The position numbers and the translations under genes were made by a program. A model generated the notes under the pieces. The model ran no database searches, was not told where the DNA came from, and saw only the letters and a list, made by a program, of their open reading frames with translations. Positions 40,354 through 53,200 of a stretch of 64,000 nt of DNA are shown piece after piece. This DNA is from Takakia lepidozioides (Eukaryota > Plantae > Bryophyta), in NCBI GenBank assembly GCA_030704615.1, contig CM060731.1, positions 71,176,001 through 71,240,000 on the forward strand. Direction: 5' to 3'. Every line of letters starts with the position of its first letter. Position 1 is the first letter of the stretch.

Positions 40354-40905
40354 CCTTGCAAAGGAGGGACCTGAGGACGACTTGGATGCCGATGACCTAT
40401 TGCGGACAGCTACGAAGCCCTTAGATTTTTGGAAATGATACGAAGCGGAAGAGCAGTCCGGCCTCCAATAATGGAGCATCTGGGTCACACGTACCAACGA
40501 CGGAGGTGGAACGTGTTCATCACGCCAGGGTGGATGAAGCCATACATCTTTCTCATCAAAAAGTTATAGTTTGAGATCTGCCACCGAAGTCCATCCCCCC
40601 GGATGGAAATTCGGCGCCGCATTTACATCGAAGAGGGGATGGACTTCGTCGTGTCCAGTGGCTATCGGCCCACCTGGCAGTGACTGCCCATAGTTTGCAT
40701 GGCAGGGTAGGAAACTGAAACGGCTACATTCATGCAGCAGCCAATCTTCATCGGTCCAGGATCCTGTAGGGGGGAAATTTAAATGTGCCCTGGAGTGTTT
40801 GTGAGGAATTGCAGCGTTAGCTTGAACTTTTTCCAGCCACCGCGCTGCTCCTCCTCCATCCGGGAGCTGCTGTCATTGAGCGTACTCCGCTACTCTTTTT
40901 CAAGG

Positions 40906-41484
40906 ATGCCGTGCCGCCGAAATCCAGCCGACTGCCCTTATCATGGCCACGATTATGCTATGTTCAAACCAGAATCAGGAGACATCATTGTCTGGCTCTC
41001 TGTTTTCACAGACGCTGCTGGAATCAAGCAAGAGTCTTTGCGCGCAATGGAGTATCTGGAGGGCTATTACCGCTTTGAGCGAGGTGAGGGCGAGGGTCAA
41101 TGCGGTCCGTGGGTCCTGAAAATTGTTGACCTCGATATACCAAGCTGGAAAGGGATGCCGGACAGATCACGCACGGCCTCGCTTTGGCGCTGGAACTGCT
41201 GCCAGTGGACCAGGGAGGACGGCACCGGGGAAAACTATATACGTGCAGATCACTCCGCTCTTCCAGTGTATGGAGACATTCGGCTGCGTTGCGAAGACGA
41301 ATCGCACGGGCACATGAGGCCCACAGTGACCTTGTCAATGTATGATGGTGGTATCATTGATGGACATGACATTGTCGTCGGCTCCAGCAAGGGCAGCAGA
41401 ACGACCGAATTGCAGTTTACCTCGAGGTGCCGCAGCAGTGATGAGCTTGTTTTGAGGGGTATCGAAGTTCCGTCGACTTGGTGA
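40906..41484 (+). CDS. Unknown 192-aa protein, paralogue B (intact)
   Basis: Open frame MPCRRNPADCPYHGHDYAMF...LRGIEVPSTW. Amino-acid conservation with paralogue A along its full length supports coding status. Confidence 0.75.
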   Translation: MPCRRNPADCPYHGHDYAMFKPESGDIIVWLSVFTDAAGIKQESLRAMEYLEGYYRFERGEGEGQCGPWVLKIVDLDIPSWKGMPDRSRTASLWRWNCCQWTREDGTGENYIRADHSALPVYGDIRLRCEDESHGHMRPTVTLSMYDGGIIDGHDIVVGSSKGSRTTELQFTSRCRSSDELVLRGIEVPSTW

Positions 41485-41739
41485 AGCCCATGTAGAAGGA
41501 GGAAGGGCTTAGTTTTGTCTGCAGTTGGTAAATGTGAGACATCGTGTCCGATCAATAAACCCATCGTACCTCACTTCTGTATGATTGTGTTTCATTGTGT
41601 TGAATAACTGTCGGAATTGGCCCACTGTTTACAATTTGATGTCTCATTTCTACAATGTGTCTGTCCGGATGAATATAGCAGAGTAACCGGTATGTGAGTC
41701 ATGTGTCAAGAATATACCAGAGTAACGCCATGTCGGACA

Positions 41740-42450
41740 TTGAAATGCCGGCACCGCATTTCCATGTCGGGATGATCGAAGATCGAAATGCGGTGCATCA
41801 TTTCCGTCCAGGTACACGAAATACCAACACGGGTCTATAAATTGATCAGAAAACGAGGTTGGCATTGCAAATGCGGCGACGCATTTCCAGCTTGGCAATG
41901 GAAACTTCTTTTTGGACAAGGGAATGCGGTGCCGCATTTCCGTCCAACACTTCGAAAAGTGTGACATTTCCGACCAGCGCGATGGAATGCGTTACCGCAT
42001 TTCCGAGAGAGGGTCTGCAAATGGACAAATTGCGATGTCCGTTCTGGAAATGCGGCGCCGCATTTCCATGTCCGTCATCGACTTTTTTTTACAATGGAAT
42101 GCGGTGCCAATTTTTTGCTGATGGGCCTGCAGTTCGAACAACGACCATCCCCAATATGAAATGCGGCACCGCATTTTCAATCCCGCCATGTCGACCTCCT
42201 TGTTCGACCTCCTTGTTCGACCTCTGTAAGCGTGGTGGCATCCATGCAATGAGCGGGAGAGGCCAAAACTGGCGTGTGGACAAAGGAAATTTTGGAAATG
42301 CGGCACCGCATTTCCAATTCAGATTACTTTTTACTATGCCAACATTGAAATGGAAAATTTAGTCCCTCCCCTGTTTTGGAAATGCGGTGCCGCATTTCCA
42401 AAAGAGGTTCTTAGAGTTGCCAAATTTTGGAAATGCGGTGCCCCATTTCT
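41740..42450. repeat. Secondary cluster of about 11 GGAAATGCGG(NN)CCGCATTTCC palindromes
   Basis: Copies near 41742, 41785, 41869, 41921, 41985, 42046, 42096, 42158, 42294, 42378 and 42429. Spacing is irregular. Confidence 0.9.
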
Positions 42451-42586
42451 GATTTTGGGAGCGTCGTGGTTTGGGCGATTGTGTGGCTGGAATGCACACT
42501 GGAGAGGGGTCACGAATGTCGGGCAGAATTTCCTTTATATACTCTGGAAGAGAATTTACATTTACAGAGACTTCATTAAAATTCTA

Positions 42587-45500
42587 TTAATCTTGAAAAT
42601 CATCCGAATCCTCATCCTGTTCTAGACTGTCCTGCTCCTCCTCCACCCCCTCAGTGCCTCTCTCATCTCCAGCGGACTGCTCGTTGGCCAGGCTTTCGAA
42701 AATCCCATCTTCCCCTTGCGGAACTGTCCATCTCACCTCCGTTGGGTCGTCTTCCTCCCTGTCTGCGTCGCTCTCATCCGCTGAATCACATATGTACTTT
42801 CGTACCCGTCTACCTGTCTGAGCTGCTGCCAACTCTTTCCTTATCCTTCTGTCCTCCCTAGCCCTCTCCAAAATCTGCTCTACTTTACTGGGATTCTCAC
42901 TTCTTCTAATCGCTGTATTTGCGAGTTTAGCTGCATAACTAGGAAGGGAGTAGTCCCTCACCGGGCTCGTCATGAAGTCGGCCCTCGCAAAGAACGGGAC
43001 ATTCTTCCTGGCAGGAAGTGTAGGCCCTACATGTTTCGACCCGGACCCTGCAATCCTGCACATGACAATCATCAACGAGACTAATGAGAACCACAGTCGG
43101 GAAATTCGTTTGACATAAATGACCCAGAAGGCTTTGCAAACTTACAATGTTTGCACTCACTCGTATTCCGGGTTCTCCTCCGCATCAATGTCCACTGTGT
43201 CTTCCTCGGACTCCGACGAATCCGAGGAGACTTCCGCTCTGTCGGGAGCCTTCACATTCCGTTGCAGCCCCTCCAGATGGGATCCCCACACGGATGAATC
43301 CTCCTCGTAGGCAAAGAGGTGCCGGTCGGAAAACCGCCCAGCCCACATTGAGGCACCTGTTACAATGCCATCCACACATTACCACATGGCGCTTCAGATG
43401 TTGCGAACTACATCCTAACGAGAATTTGCAGAACAGCAGAGATCAAGATTCTGCATACCTGTCCCACAGATGAGGTCGAGCACTGTGCCCTCCACGTCTG
43501 TGCATGTCTCCATAATTGTCTGAATGAAGGCAGGGCTCCGAGTCCGTGAGTACCGCAGGGGTTCCGTTGAAGTGAGGCTATGAGGGAGAAGTTCCTTGGG
43601 AACGTTGTTGAACAGAACGTCGTAATCGAGTGGGTCGCAGTTCGGGTCAACCTTTCCTCCCTCCTTCCGGAAAGCAAAGGTGGAGTTCTCCTTCACAAAG
43701 CAGTATGCATCGAACTGCTTCGTCTGCATACACAGGGGGAAAACGATTAGAAACCGAATGCGGCACCGCATTTGAAAACACCCAAGCAAATGAATGGACG
43801 AGTGCCAGTGTCGTAATCACCTTCTTCCCTTCCGACCGAAGGCCCAGTGTGTTGATGCACGTCCACTTCTTTTTCAGAATCGGGACGGCGCTCTTGCGGG
43901 TCCACTTCGCAATTCCTGTCTGAGTGTTTTTTCCTCTGCTCGCCAGGACAACCACACAGCCTCTGTCGTCCAACACCATGCGGGCAAGCCCGAATCCTTT
44001 CTTCCAAAAGTCCTCCGAGTACCTGTTCCAAGATGGCAAAGCTTGCAGTCCTTCCACAGGCTCTCCGTCCGGAATATCCAAGATGATCATATCGCAAGAC
44101 CACTCGGTGGCATTTCCGCCCCTCCTACAATCCTTGTCTGCACACACCCTCTCAAAGAACGAGACCATATTCTGAAATCCTGGGGTGTCGGAAGGCTCTT
44201 CGGCAGTCGCCTTCTTCAGTGCTCTGCCCTTCAGACCCTCCATGGTCTTCATGTATGCCAACTTGGCTGCCCGTCCATCCAAAGCCGCCAAGAAACTCTC
44301 ATTTACACACTGGACTACAGTTTCGGGAGCCACTTTCGGCCTCTTCATTTCCACCGGCTCGAAAGGGTGCCCCCCTGGGGGGTTGAAGAGTGCCTTCTTT
44401 GCCGAGCCAGTTCTCGTGCCTCTCGTGACAACGGTGGGCACAGGGGAGGCAGCCTGCGTTTGGGGGGGTGGGCTGGTTGCAAAGTCTCCATCGGAGTCCT
44501 CTTCCTCACCCTCTTCCTGAACAGGCTGTTTCTGCTTCTTCGTTTTGGCGGGTGTCACAACAGCTGCTCCTTGCTGGCGAGTCCTCTTCTTCGACCCCTT
44601 CTGTTGGGCCTGCACAGCTGCATCCACCGTCTTTTGTGCCATCTCAGCTGCCTTTCTGGATTCTTCCAGAGCAGCAGATTCCTTTGCCGACTTTGGCCCA
44701 GCAGGGACACGTCTTTCCTTTCTCTTCTCTTCTGCCAAGGCGTGCAGATCTTTCTCAGACTCGTCAACAATACCGCCAGACATGTCCAGGTACCACGGGC
44801 ATCCAACGAGATGCGCGGGATGCCATTGTTTCTGCATCTCGGGTGTGTAGACACAGCTTGGGCCCGCCACGGTCCAAGCCATGAAGAACGGGGGCTCTTG
44901 AGCCAGGGCCCCTGTCTGAAGGAGCACGTATTTCATATACCTGCAAGGCAGTCAGCATGCGTGAGCAAAAGTTGAGACCAACCTACTGGCAGAGTGCCAC
45001 CGAAAACATAAAATGCGAATGCGGTGCCGCATTTCCGAGACAAACCTCGTAACCAGGCTTCGCATACAAGGGCAGCTGTGCTTCACCTGTAAACAATTCG
45101 CATTGCAGCTTTCCCCGCTCCCTCCTGATGTGTAAACTCCACGCTCCTTCTTGCTGTCTGTAGCTCTCTGGCGAAAAGGTTGTCCTTGTACGCACATCTG
45201 AAACGTGTCACGTAGTCTTCCAATGTCTGTGTTCCATCCCATTTGACGTACAAGCCGAACGAATTTGTGTGCATTACGACTTGCTCCTTCGCATTCGACA
45301 TTACCTGCGATTCCCAAATGCATTGTCACGTAGCAGTTCAGGGAATTCATGTCAGAAAAGCAAATCTGGGGAAGTACCTTGAATTACCTGGAACCACCAA
45401 GTCATACGGTTGAGCCACACATCCACTGCAGGGTCGGAAACTTCCAGTGGAAAAGACCACATTGTCCTTATGCTCTCGGATGCATTCCAGATCGACAGCC

Positions 45501-47529
45501 ACCGTGTCTGCCATTTCCGATCCAATGTCAGGAGCTGGAAGAGAGTGGCTATTGCTAGGAAGGAACTTCAGTGCATTGAAACCTCACCTTCTCTTTCGCC
45601 TCCACACATGCCGTTGAGAGGTGATGCAGTTTCTCCAATTGCATGGTCGGCTGCATGGCCCGAGAATAGTGTTTTGCAATCTCGGGGATGAAGTCCTTTC
45701 CAAGTGCCGGATCTGCAATTGCCACCAGCTTCACAAGCTTTGACTTGTATTTGGTTCTGGACTTGACACCGGCTTCCTTCAAGTGCTCAGTCAATGACTG
45801 CAACGTTTTGACCTGCCCCTCACTTTCCATGAAGAAGCGTTTGGCATGGGCCAAATCCAGCTTGATGTTTGACTGCCAACAAAAACATGCAGAAGCGTTA
45901 CATTCGATTCATGTGGAAACATTACTGAAAATTGGGGAAGGATGAGCAGAGGGAAATTGGAGGACGACTTACTTCGTATATCACCTCCACCATTCCATCC
46001 ATAGTGAGACGATACCATGTCCGGTCTGTTTTTGCAACGGCTTTCTGAATGAGCTCGGGCTCCAGCATTTCCGCAAACATCTGCGGATCAGTGAGACCAG
46101 TTTTCCTCACCCTGTACAGCATATGTGCCATGTGGGTATGCACGTACGCATTTTCAGTGACCCTGCAAGGCACACTCTCCAGTTCAGTACACGGAAGCAC
46201 GGAAACAAACCAGAATGGAAACCGAAATGCGGCACCGCATTTCGAACGTGCTAGGGAGGGTATGAGTATCTTACGAGTTGAGGTCCGCCATGGCATTCTT
46301 GAGCAGGGAGGAGTCTGCCGCCTTCACCTTGAGGATGACACACTCCACCATGTAATGCCAGCCAATGTGCTTGGCATGGTTCTGCTTGATGTACTCCCAC
46401 CAGGCGAGAAGTCGGTGATTCCCGTCCCACACAAAGAACATTTTACCCGACATATGGCCGAAGTCTGGATCACCCTTCAGCGTCGCCTCGAATTCGTGGT
46501 TGCGAGTGTGCCAGTGGGTATCCCACGTTGACAATTCATCGGCAGTGGGTCCACGAGTTTCGCCGTCCTCATTCTCAATGGAAACGTAAAACGCTGCCGA
46601 TCCCAGACGGTACCCTTCTCGAAATGCGAACTTGAGCTTATCCACATCTCCGGGAAGGGCCTGCCTGACGATGGGAAGGGAGACCATGCGACAGAGTGGG
46701 ATTCGAAGAGTCCGCTGGAATACCCTGCTGCCCAGAACTCTGCCAATGCTACTGTGTGTCTCCTCCAACATTTTATCCGCTGCACTTTTGAAATCCTCCG
46801 GAGACATGTCTGTAGGTGCCGGTAGTGGCTGAGCAGCTGGAGCATCCTCAACTGGAGCTGCACTCTGGGGCCTGTCTGCGGGCAATTCTGCCATTGCAGA
46901 GGCCTCCTCCGGGCCTGCTTGCTCATCGGTGGTGAGGTCTTGCTGCGAAGTTGAGCGGCAGCACCCTCCTCCGGTACCAAATCGAGATCAACGGTCGATC
47001 CCATTGCCTTCGCTGCAGCAGAGTCGGCCCCAACATCTGCAGGCGGGAAATCCTCCAGGAACTGAGCTTCAGCTCGTGGAAGCGGTTTTGCGGGAGATTG
47101 TTCGCCCGTCGCCCTGATTGCCTTCTGCTTCCTCATCCTTGCAGGTGAAGGTGTCTGCTGCAATTGAATCTGTCTTCTACCCTGCTGCTTCATTCGCGTT
47201 GGGGGGGGTGAATCGGCCTGAGCCGGTTCAGAAGCCAGTAGAGGGACGGGCTGCTTCTTCTTCGACTTTGCTGGAGAAGGGCCCGACCCCTGCTGGCGAT
47301 TCTCCATGACCGAAGAACGCGAGTCGATCTCTGGGACTTTGAACTTGCCCTTCGAAGACGCGTCTTTGAATCGCAGAGGGCTAGGCCCGGCAGGAATACC
47401 CGCGCTCGGGGATCGGGTGGGTGTACGTGCTGCAGCTAGCTCCTCGGACTCTTCCTGCGGCTCTTCGGATTCCTGCGATCCCTCCAGCACGTCCACCTTT
47501 CCTGTTAGGCATGCAAACATGTTCTGCAT
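42587..47529 (-). CDS. Multi-exon ParB/Srx-like domain + beta-class N4C/N6A DNA methyltransferase-like fusion (one or two apparent frameshifts; first exon uncertain)
   Basis: ParB-like region RIPLCRMVSLPIVRQALPGDVDKLK...FFVWDGNHRLLAW (46280-46720). MTase motif IV-like CDMIILDIPDG (about 44065-44095). Spliced motif I region FIQTIMETCTDVEGTVLDLICGT|GASMWAGRFSDRHLFAYEED (43540-43300). GT-AG introns at about 46274-46163, 45972-45873, 45387-45305, 45086-44941, 43820-43724, 43458-43357 and 43161-43055. Confidence 0.8.
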
Positions 47530-48104
47530 TCAAGTCTCCTAGCATTCAGTCTAAGAATTACAGAAGCAAAATGGGGGGTTCGGTGCTCGATCAGCTGCGC
47601 GCAGCCCGATCGCATGGAGCTCTCACTGGTGGCTGGGTTGCCTGAGTGGCCTGCTGCTCGGAGATGGCAATCTCCTCCTGTAGACGCATCTGCTTCCTCC
47701 CCTTCGGCATTGGCCTACGTCCGAAGTATAATTTCCGGAGCTTGCGACGAGGTCTCCTGCTGGTGCACGAACTCCCCCCCTCTCAGGTTCGAGCATAAGA
47801 AGAACAGAGAGAGGGAAAAGGGCCAAAGAGTGCAGATGGAAAGGGCGCGAGAGGGGTGACTGAGGAGACACGACAAAAGTAGATGAAACGGCGGTGATGC
47901 ACCACTTGGGTTCGAAAGGGTTGGACGAAAGTGTCTCCTCGGTGGAGTTTGCGTCATTACGAAATTCGAATCGTTGAGGGTACGCCTGCCGTCCGAAAAA
48001 CAAACATCATTATCCAACGGTCAGGCCGCGCCGCCTCATGCCCCTTCAGTCAGATAGAGTGCCGACATGTGCAGCAATTCCGTTGCTCCACGTGTTCACA
48101 TTTC

Positions 48105-49845
48105 AAGGGCATTTCCGTCCCAGCGTCTGATGAGTTGGAGCGAAAATGCGAATGCGGCGCCGCATTTCCGTTAAGTACCCACAGCTCTACACATCCGTAC
48201 TTGTTGGAAGAAAATGCGGCACCGCATTTCCGTTCCACCTTCACATACCTTAGTTGTTGAACGGAAATACGGTGCCGCATTTCCGTCCCACAGCTCCAAG
48301 TATGAGATTCAAAAGGGAAATGCGGCGCCGCATTTCCGTTCTGGAATGTCGAAAGGTGCGATTGGGACGGGAATGAGGCACAACATTTCAGTTCCCGTGG
48401 TTCATGATTTTCAATGTGAACGGAAATGCGGTACCGCATTTCCGTTCCCACTTCACATCCGTTAGATGATGAATGGAAATGTCGTGCCACATTTCCGTTC
48501 GGGAAAGTATAGAGGTCTAACCTGGACAGAAATGCGGTGCCGCATTTCCGGTCCGGAAAGTTTGAAGGTCTCACATGGATGGAAATGCGGCTACTACTCA
48601 TTTTCGTAGCACAGCTCCAGGCCCAATATACAAAACGGAAATGCGGCGCCGCATTTCCGTTCTAGAATGTCGGAAGGTGCGACTCGAACGGAAATGCGGT
48701 GCCGGATTTCTGTTCCCGTTGCGCACGATTTTCAGTCAGAATGGAAATGCGGTACCGCATTTCCGTTCTGTAGAGTATTAACGTCTGACGCTGGCGGAAA
48801 TGCCGTGCCGCATTTTCGTTCCACAGCTCCATGCCTCACATACAAAACGGAAATGCGGCGCCGCATTTCCGTTTTGGAATGTCGGAAGGTGCGACTCCGA
48901 CGGAAATGCGGTACCGCATTTCAGTTCCGAGGTTTCAGGATATTTCATCAGAACGGAAATGCGGTGCCGCATTTCCCTTTTGAATCTAATACATTCCGTT
49001 CTGGAATGTTGGGAGGTGCGACTCGGATGGAAATGCGTTGCCGCATTTCAGTTCCGACGGTTCACGATTTTCAGTCAGAACGGAAATGCGGTACCGCATT
49101 TCCGTTCTGGAATGTTGGTAGGTGCGACTCGGATGGAAATACGGTGCCGCATTTTAGTTCAGATGGTTCACGATTTTCAGTCAGAACGGAAATGCGTTGC
49201 CGCATTTCCGTTCTGGATAGTATGAATGTCTCAAGCGGTCGGAATTGCGCTGTATGAAGCTGTCGGAATCGCACTCGGCTCCATGCATCAGATACAAAAT
49301 GGAAATGCGGCGCCGCATTTCCGTTCTGGAATGTCGAAAAGTGCGACTCGGACGGAAATGCGGTGCCGCATTTCTGTTCCCGTTGTTCGTAAATCTCAAT
49401 CAGAACGGAAATGCGGTACCGCATTTCCGTTCTGGAGAGTATGAATGTATTTTAAGGACGGAAATGTGCTGCAACATTTCAATCCCTCAGCTCCATGCAT
49501 CAGATACAAAATGGAAATGCGGCGCCGCTTTTCCGTTTTGCAATGTCGGAAAAGTGCGACTCGGACGGAAATGCGGTGCCGCATTTCTGTTCCCGTTGTT
49601 CATAAATCTCAATCAGAACGGAAATGCGGTACCGCATTTCCGTTCCGACCTTCACATACCGTGCTTGCTGGATGGAAATGCGTTACCGCATTTCCGTTCT
49701 GGAGAGTATAAAGGTTTCCCCCGGACGGAAACTCGGTGCCGCATTTCCGTCGCTCTGGTGCATGACCAAGATGCAATACGGAAATGCGGCGCCGTATTTC
49801 CGTCCACCAGCAATCGAAAGAATCACTCGGGACGGGAAATCTGGA
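48105..49845. repeat. Phased array of about 31 palindromes (ACGGAAATGCGG-NN-CCGCATTTCCGT), 53-bp period
   Basis: The AATGCGG core (or a close variant) starts at 48213, 48266, 48319, 48372, 48425, 48478, 48531, 48584, 48640, 48693, 48746, 48799, 48852, 48905, 48958 ... 49730, 49783. Confidence 0.97.
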
Positions 49846-50226
49846 ACCTGAATGGGTTGCATTGTTCCGAAACAACACAATTGCGGCCAGTCTTGATGAG
49901 CACAACTTGGTTGTCTGACCGTTTTAACCAAGTCCTGGCACTTGTCAGTGCGAACGTTCCTGTCTGCACCGAGAATACTGCTGGTCCACCTCAGGAGAAA
50001 CTGTCAGGAGATGTTATTTCGTCGCCGAATCGGCCATCATTGTCATACTCACTGGCTATGGAATCAAACCTCCCACCTTCATGCATGTAGCTTGAAACAA
50101 TACTTTCCACTTCAATGTGCGACTTCCAATCGTCGATGGACTCCGCAGATCCACTTAGATGGTGCCTGTGAGCCTTGGTCTGTCGCTATACTGAACCTCG
50201 CACTTGCCAACTCCGTGCGGTGTTCG

Positions 50227-53200
50227 ATGGCTCCGAATTCCTACGCTATAGTTTGCTGTCCTCCGCAACTTGGGAGAGCCTGGATCCCAAACGAGGGAGG
50301 ACTTTGCAGAGTGACTGAAACTTACCTTTGTTCCAAATTCAAGCTCAAACCGGGCACAGTTTATTTGGAAGAAGAAAGGAAGGATGTTCCTGGACAGGTT
50401 GACGAGACCATTGTCGTGCTAGGTAACGACGGAGGTTGCGGAATCGAATGGCACGTTCCCCCGTCAGACACCATCCTGTACCGAGCTGTGGGAATGCCCA
50501 TTCCCTTTCCGAATCAGTCGCTGCCCACACCATCCACAAAGGAGTCCGGAAACCGAGAGGCGGCCACTGCCAACAGAGAGGTATGCAACGATAATCATTC
50601 CCGACCTGGACCGTCAAGACCCTCCATAGCTTCTCGTGTGGACGTATTCGACATTTCCGACGAGGAAGATGATTGCATTGAGGTACCCATGTCCTCCACA
50701 CGGTCGTTCAAATCCGGCATGGACGTCTCTGTAGGTGCTACGTATGTGCCCTCGAGCATAACTCCAACCCGGTCCATTGTGCAGCTCCTACGACAACATC
50801 ACCTCGATGGTTCTCGCTCCGAGCTGGCTGCTCTCGACTATGCCAAATTCCCAGTCAGAAAGGTAACGTTTCTGCCTCCCGAAGTCGATGGTAATGTCAT
50901 CTTCGAGTTTCCACCTGTTTCTTCGTCAAACAAAGCCTCCGGGATGTTAACAGACATGGATCGAAAGCATGATGGACACCCCTGGTGTGTGACGAAGACC
51001 AGTAGCACGAAAATTGCTGATGGTGTTCGTGTACGATATGTCCTCTGTGCGGGGAAGCTGAGGTGCCTCAATCCCACCTGCTTCCACTTTCTCTCCAAAG
51101 GAGGGCGGAGAAACGAGACGGATTGGACTGGCACAACGCATCATCCATTCATTGTCTCCAGCCAAGCTCCTGCGGGTTCTTTCAAGTGTGCACATTGCAA
51201 AGAACCACCGACGTGCATGTCCATGTGCAGAGCCAAGCAATACTACGTTATCCATTTGCTCCCGGACTTGACTAGAGCTTGCATACACGTTGGGGTCCAC
51301 TGCCACCCCTTGGCGAGAGGCAACATGCGTGAGGCTGTGCAGGAAGCACACGACATCATAAAAGAGGAGGTGAAATTGAGCCCCGGAGCCAGACCAAAGC
51401 AGATTCAGCTGAAGGCAGCCCACAAGATTGCTCTTGGCAAAATCATGTCTGAAGATGGTTCCGACCGAGAGCCCTTGACCGAAGACGAGATGCGTGACCT
51501 CTTGGAGTCCGTCTCGCACGTTTGTAGTCCGAATGTGCGGAATCACATCGTATCTTGCAAGCAGGAGTTCGGCAGGGGGTCGGACATGTACTCAATCCTG
51601 GAGGTGAAACGAATGACTGGATATGACTACATCCAAGGTAGCAGGTTTCCAGGGCAAGGCAGCGAATCCGATCGTTGTTACATTTTCAAAATGTCGACGT
51701 GTGGGCCTGGGAGTGGAGTCGACTTGGTCACTCGCATGACAACTGGAAACTTGTCGAATGCTTGGGTGATGTTTGATCACATCAAGCGAATTACAAACCA
51801 TCAGTGGGTGACTATGGGTGCGCATGTTTATGACTATCACTCCAAGAGGCTCATGACGATTGCAATCTGCAAGATGAAAGGGGAGGACACACAGTCCGAG
51901 ATGCATCTGTGGGAGGGCATAAACGAGCAGATGGCAAGGGCGGGATTGCCAGAGCCCAATTTCAGGGGATTCATGGCAGACAACGCTCAGGCCAACTGGG
52001 CAGCGGTGCGGCGTGTGTACGGTGAGGACCCCAATGTTCCAATGGAGGGGAAAGAGAGATCCTGTGGATTCCATTGGATGCAGAGTCTATCCCACTACAC
52101 TACCAAATTTGTTGCTAGCTCATTCCAGGCTGAACACCGTGTCCTTTGTACGGCGTGGAAGGATGCACCCACATTTGATGACGCGGAGGTTAAGTTTGCT
52201 ATCATCGAGGCTTGGTGGAACACGTCAGGTGCAGTGGAGACAACCAATCTGGGAGCATTGCACAGCTGGTTGGGGTGGTGGCATTTTCGGTATCGACAGT
52301 TCGGACAGTACATGCGGGAGGTAGGCTGCTGTCAATTTCGTTCATTTGTCTTTCTGTTACGGACATTTCGATTGGTCCCTCACCATTGTTTGTGTCCTTC
52401 TAGGAGCGGTGCTTGGATTCCGACACGGACATGCCGAACACGAATATGGCAGAATCGGTCCACTCCTCCTGGCGAGCGTCTTCTGCCGCACATCTGGTGG
52501 ACGTAGTCATGGCCACAACGGAGGACATCAACAGAGCAATCATGCAGCAAGCCACGTACTACAAGTTCCTGAGCGGCAAACAATGGGGCTTTGGGCCGGA
52601 CAGGGAGGAATTGTTGGTACGAACAGCTTCGAGGTCCAAGAATCCAGTGAAATGGGCGACAACATTGCGAGAGAAGATCAAAGGGACGCCTCTACACCGT
52701 AGAGGTGAACACCTAGAGGGGGACGTCCGGACTCGCCCTGTCAGGCGGAGGATTGAAGAGGAACCCGGGTGCGAAGAGGATTCCTGGAGATCCGACATGA
52801 ACATTCGGACAGCACCTCGAGGTCCCGTCATGTTGCCGCACAATGTGTCTTCCAGCAGTGGAAGCCCAAGAAATTCCAGATCGCCGTCGCCTTCAACCGG
52901 GGATTTCGTGCAACAAATTCCCACCGCTCCCTTGCCCCACATTCCGCCCGCTGTTATGCAGTATGGCCAAGCCATTGTGGAGACGACTGTGTCTGCATCA
53001 CAGTGGAGAATTGCTCGCACAAAGCCGTCGTTTCGAGGAAGGTGTTCCGCAATTCGTGTGGATACACGGCAACGTTGTTTAGAGATGATAAGGAGGAATC
53101 CAGATGGGGCTGTCCCTGCTCCTACTTTTACAGGAAGATTTGTCCATGCAAAGTTTGCGGAGGCGACAACCACCCAGTTCTGGTTCTGCAGGCACGACAT

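Noticed and set aside
43794-44975. 393-aa plus-strand ORF
   Set aside because: It is the antisense shadow of the large ParB-MTase exon and has no recognisable motifs.
48105-49845. CRISPR array (palindromic repeat with constant-length spacers)
   Set aside because: The context is a eukaryotic transposon with no cas genes. Spacers recur in a few classes rather than being unique, and the repeats are degenerate.
48050-50090. Repetitive ORFs (KCGAAFP / EMRRRIS / GNAAPHF) on both strands
   Set aside because: These are translations of the stop-poor 53-bp palindrome array. The period is not a multiple of 3.
49942-50226. N-terminal 95 aa of the 854-aa ORF, and its tail after 52320
   Set aside because: The ORF uses a non-ATG start upstream of the likely ATG at 50227. 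The tail is read-through into the intron 52321-52403.
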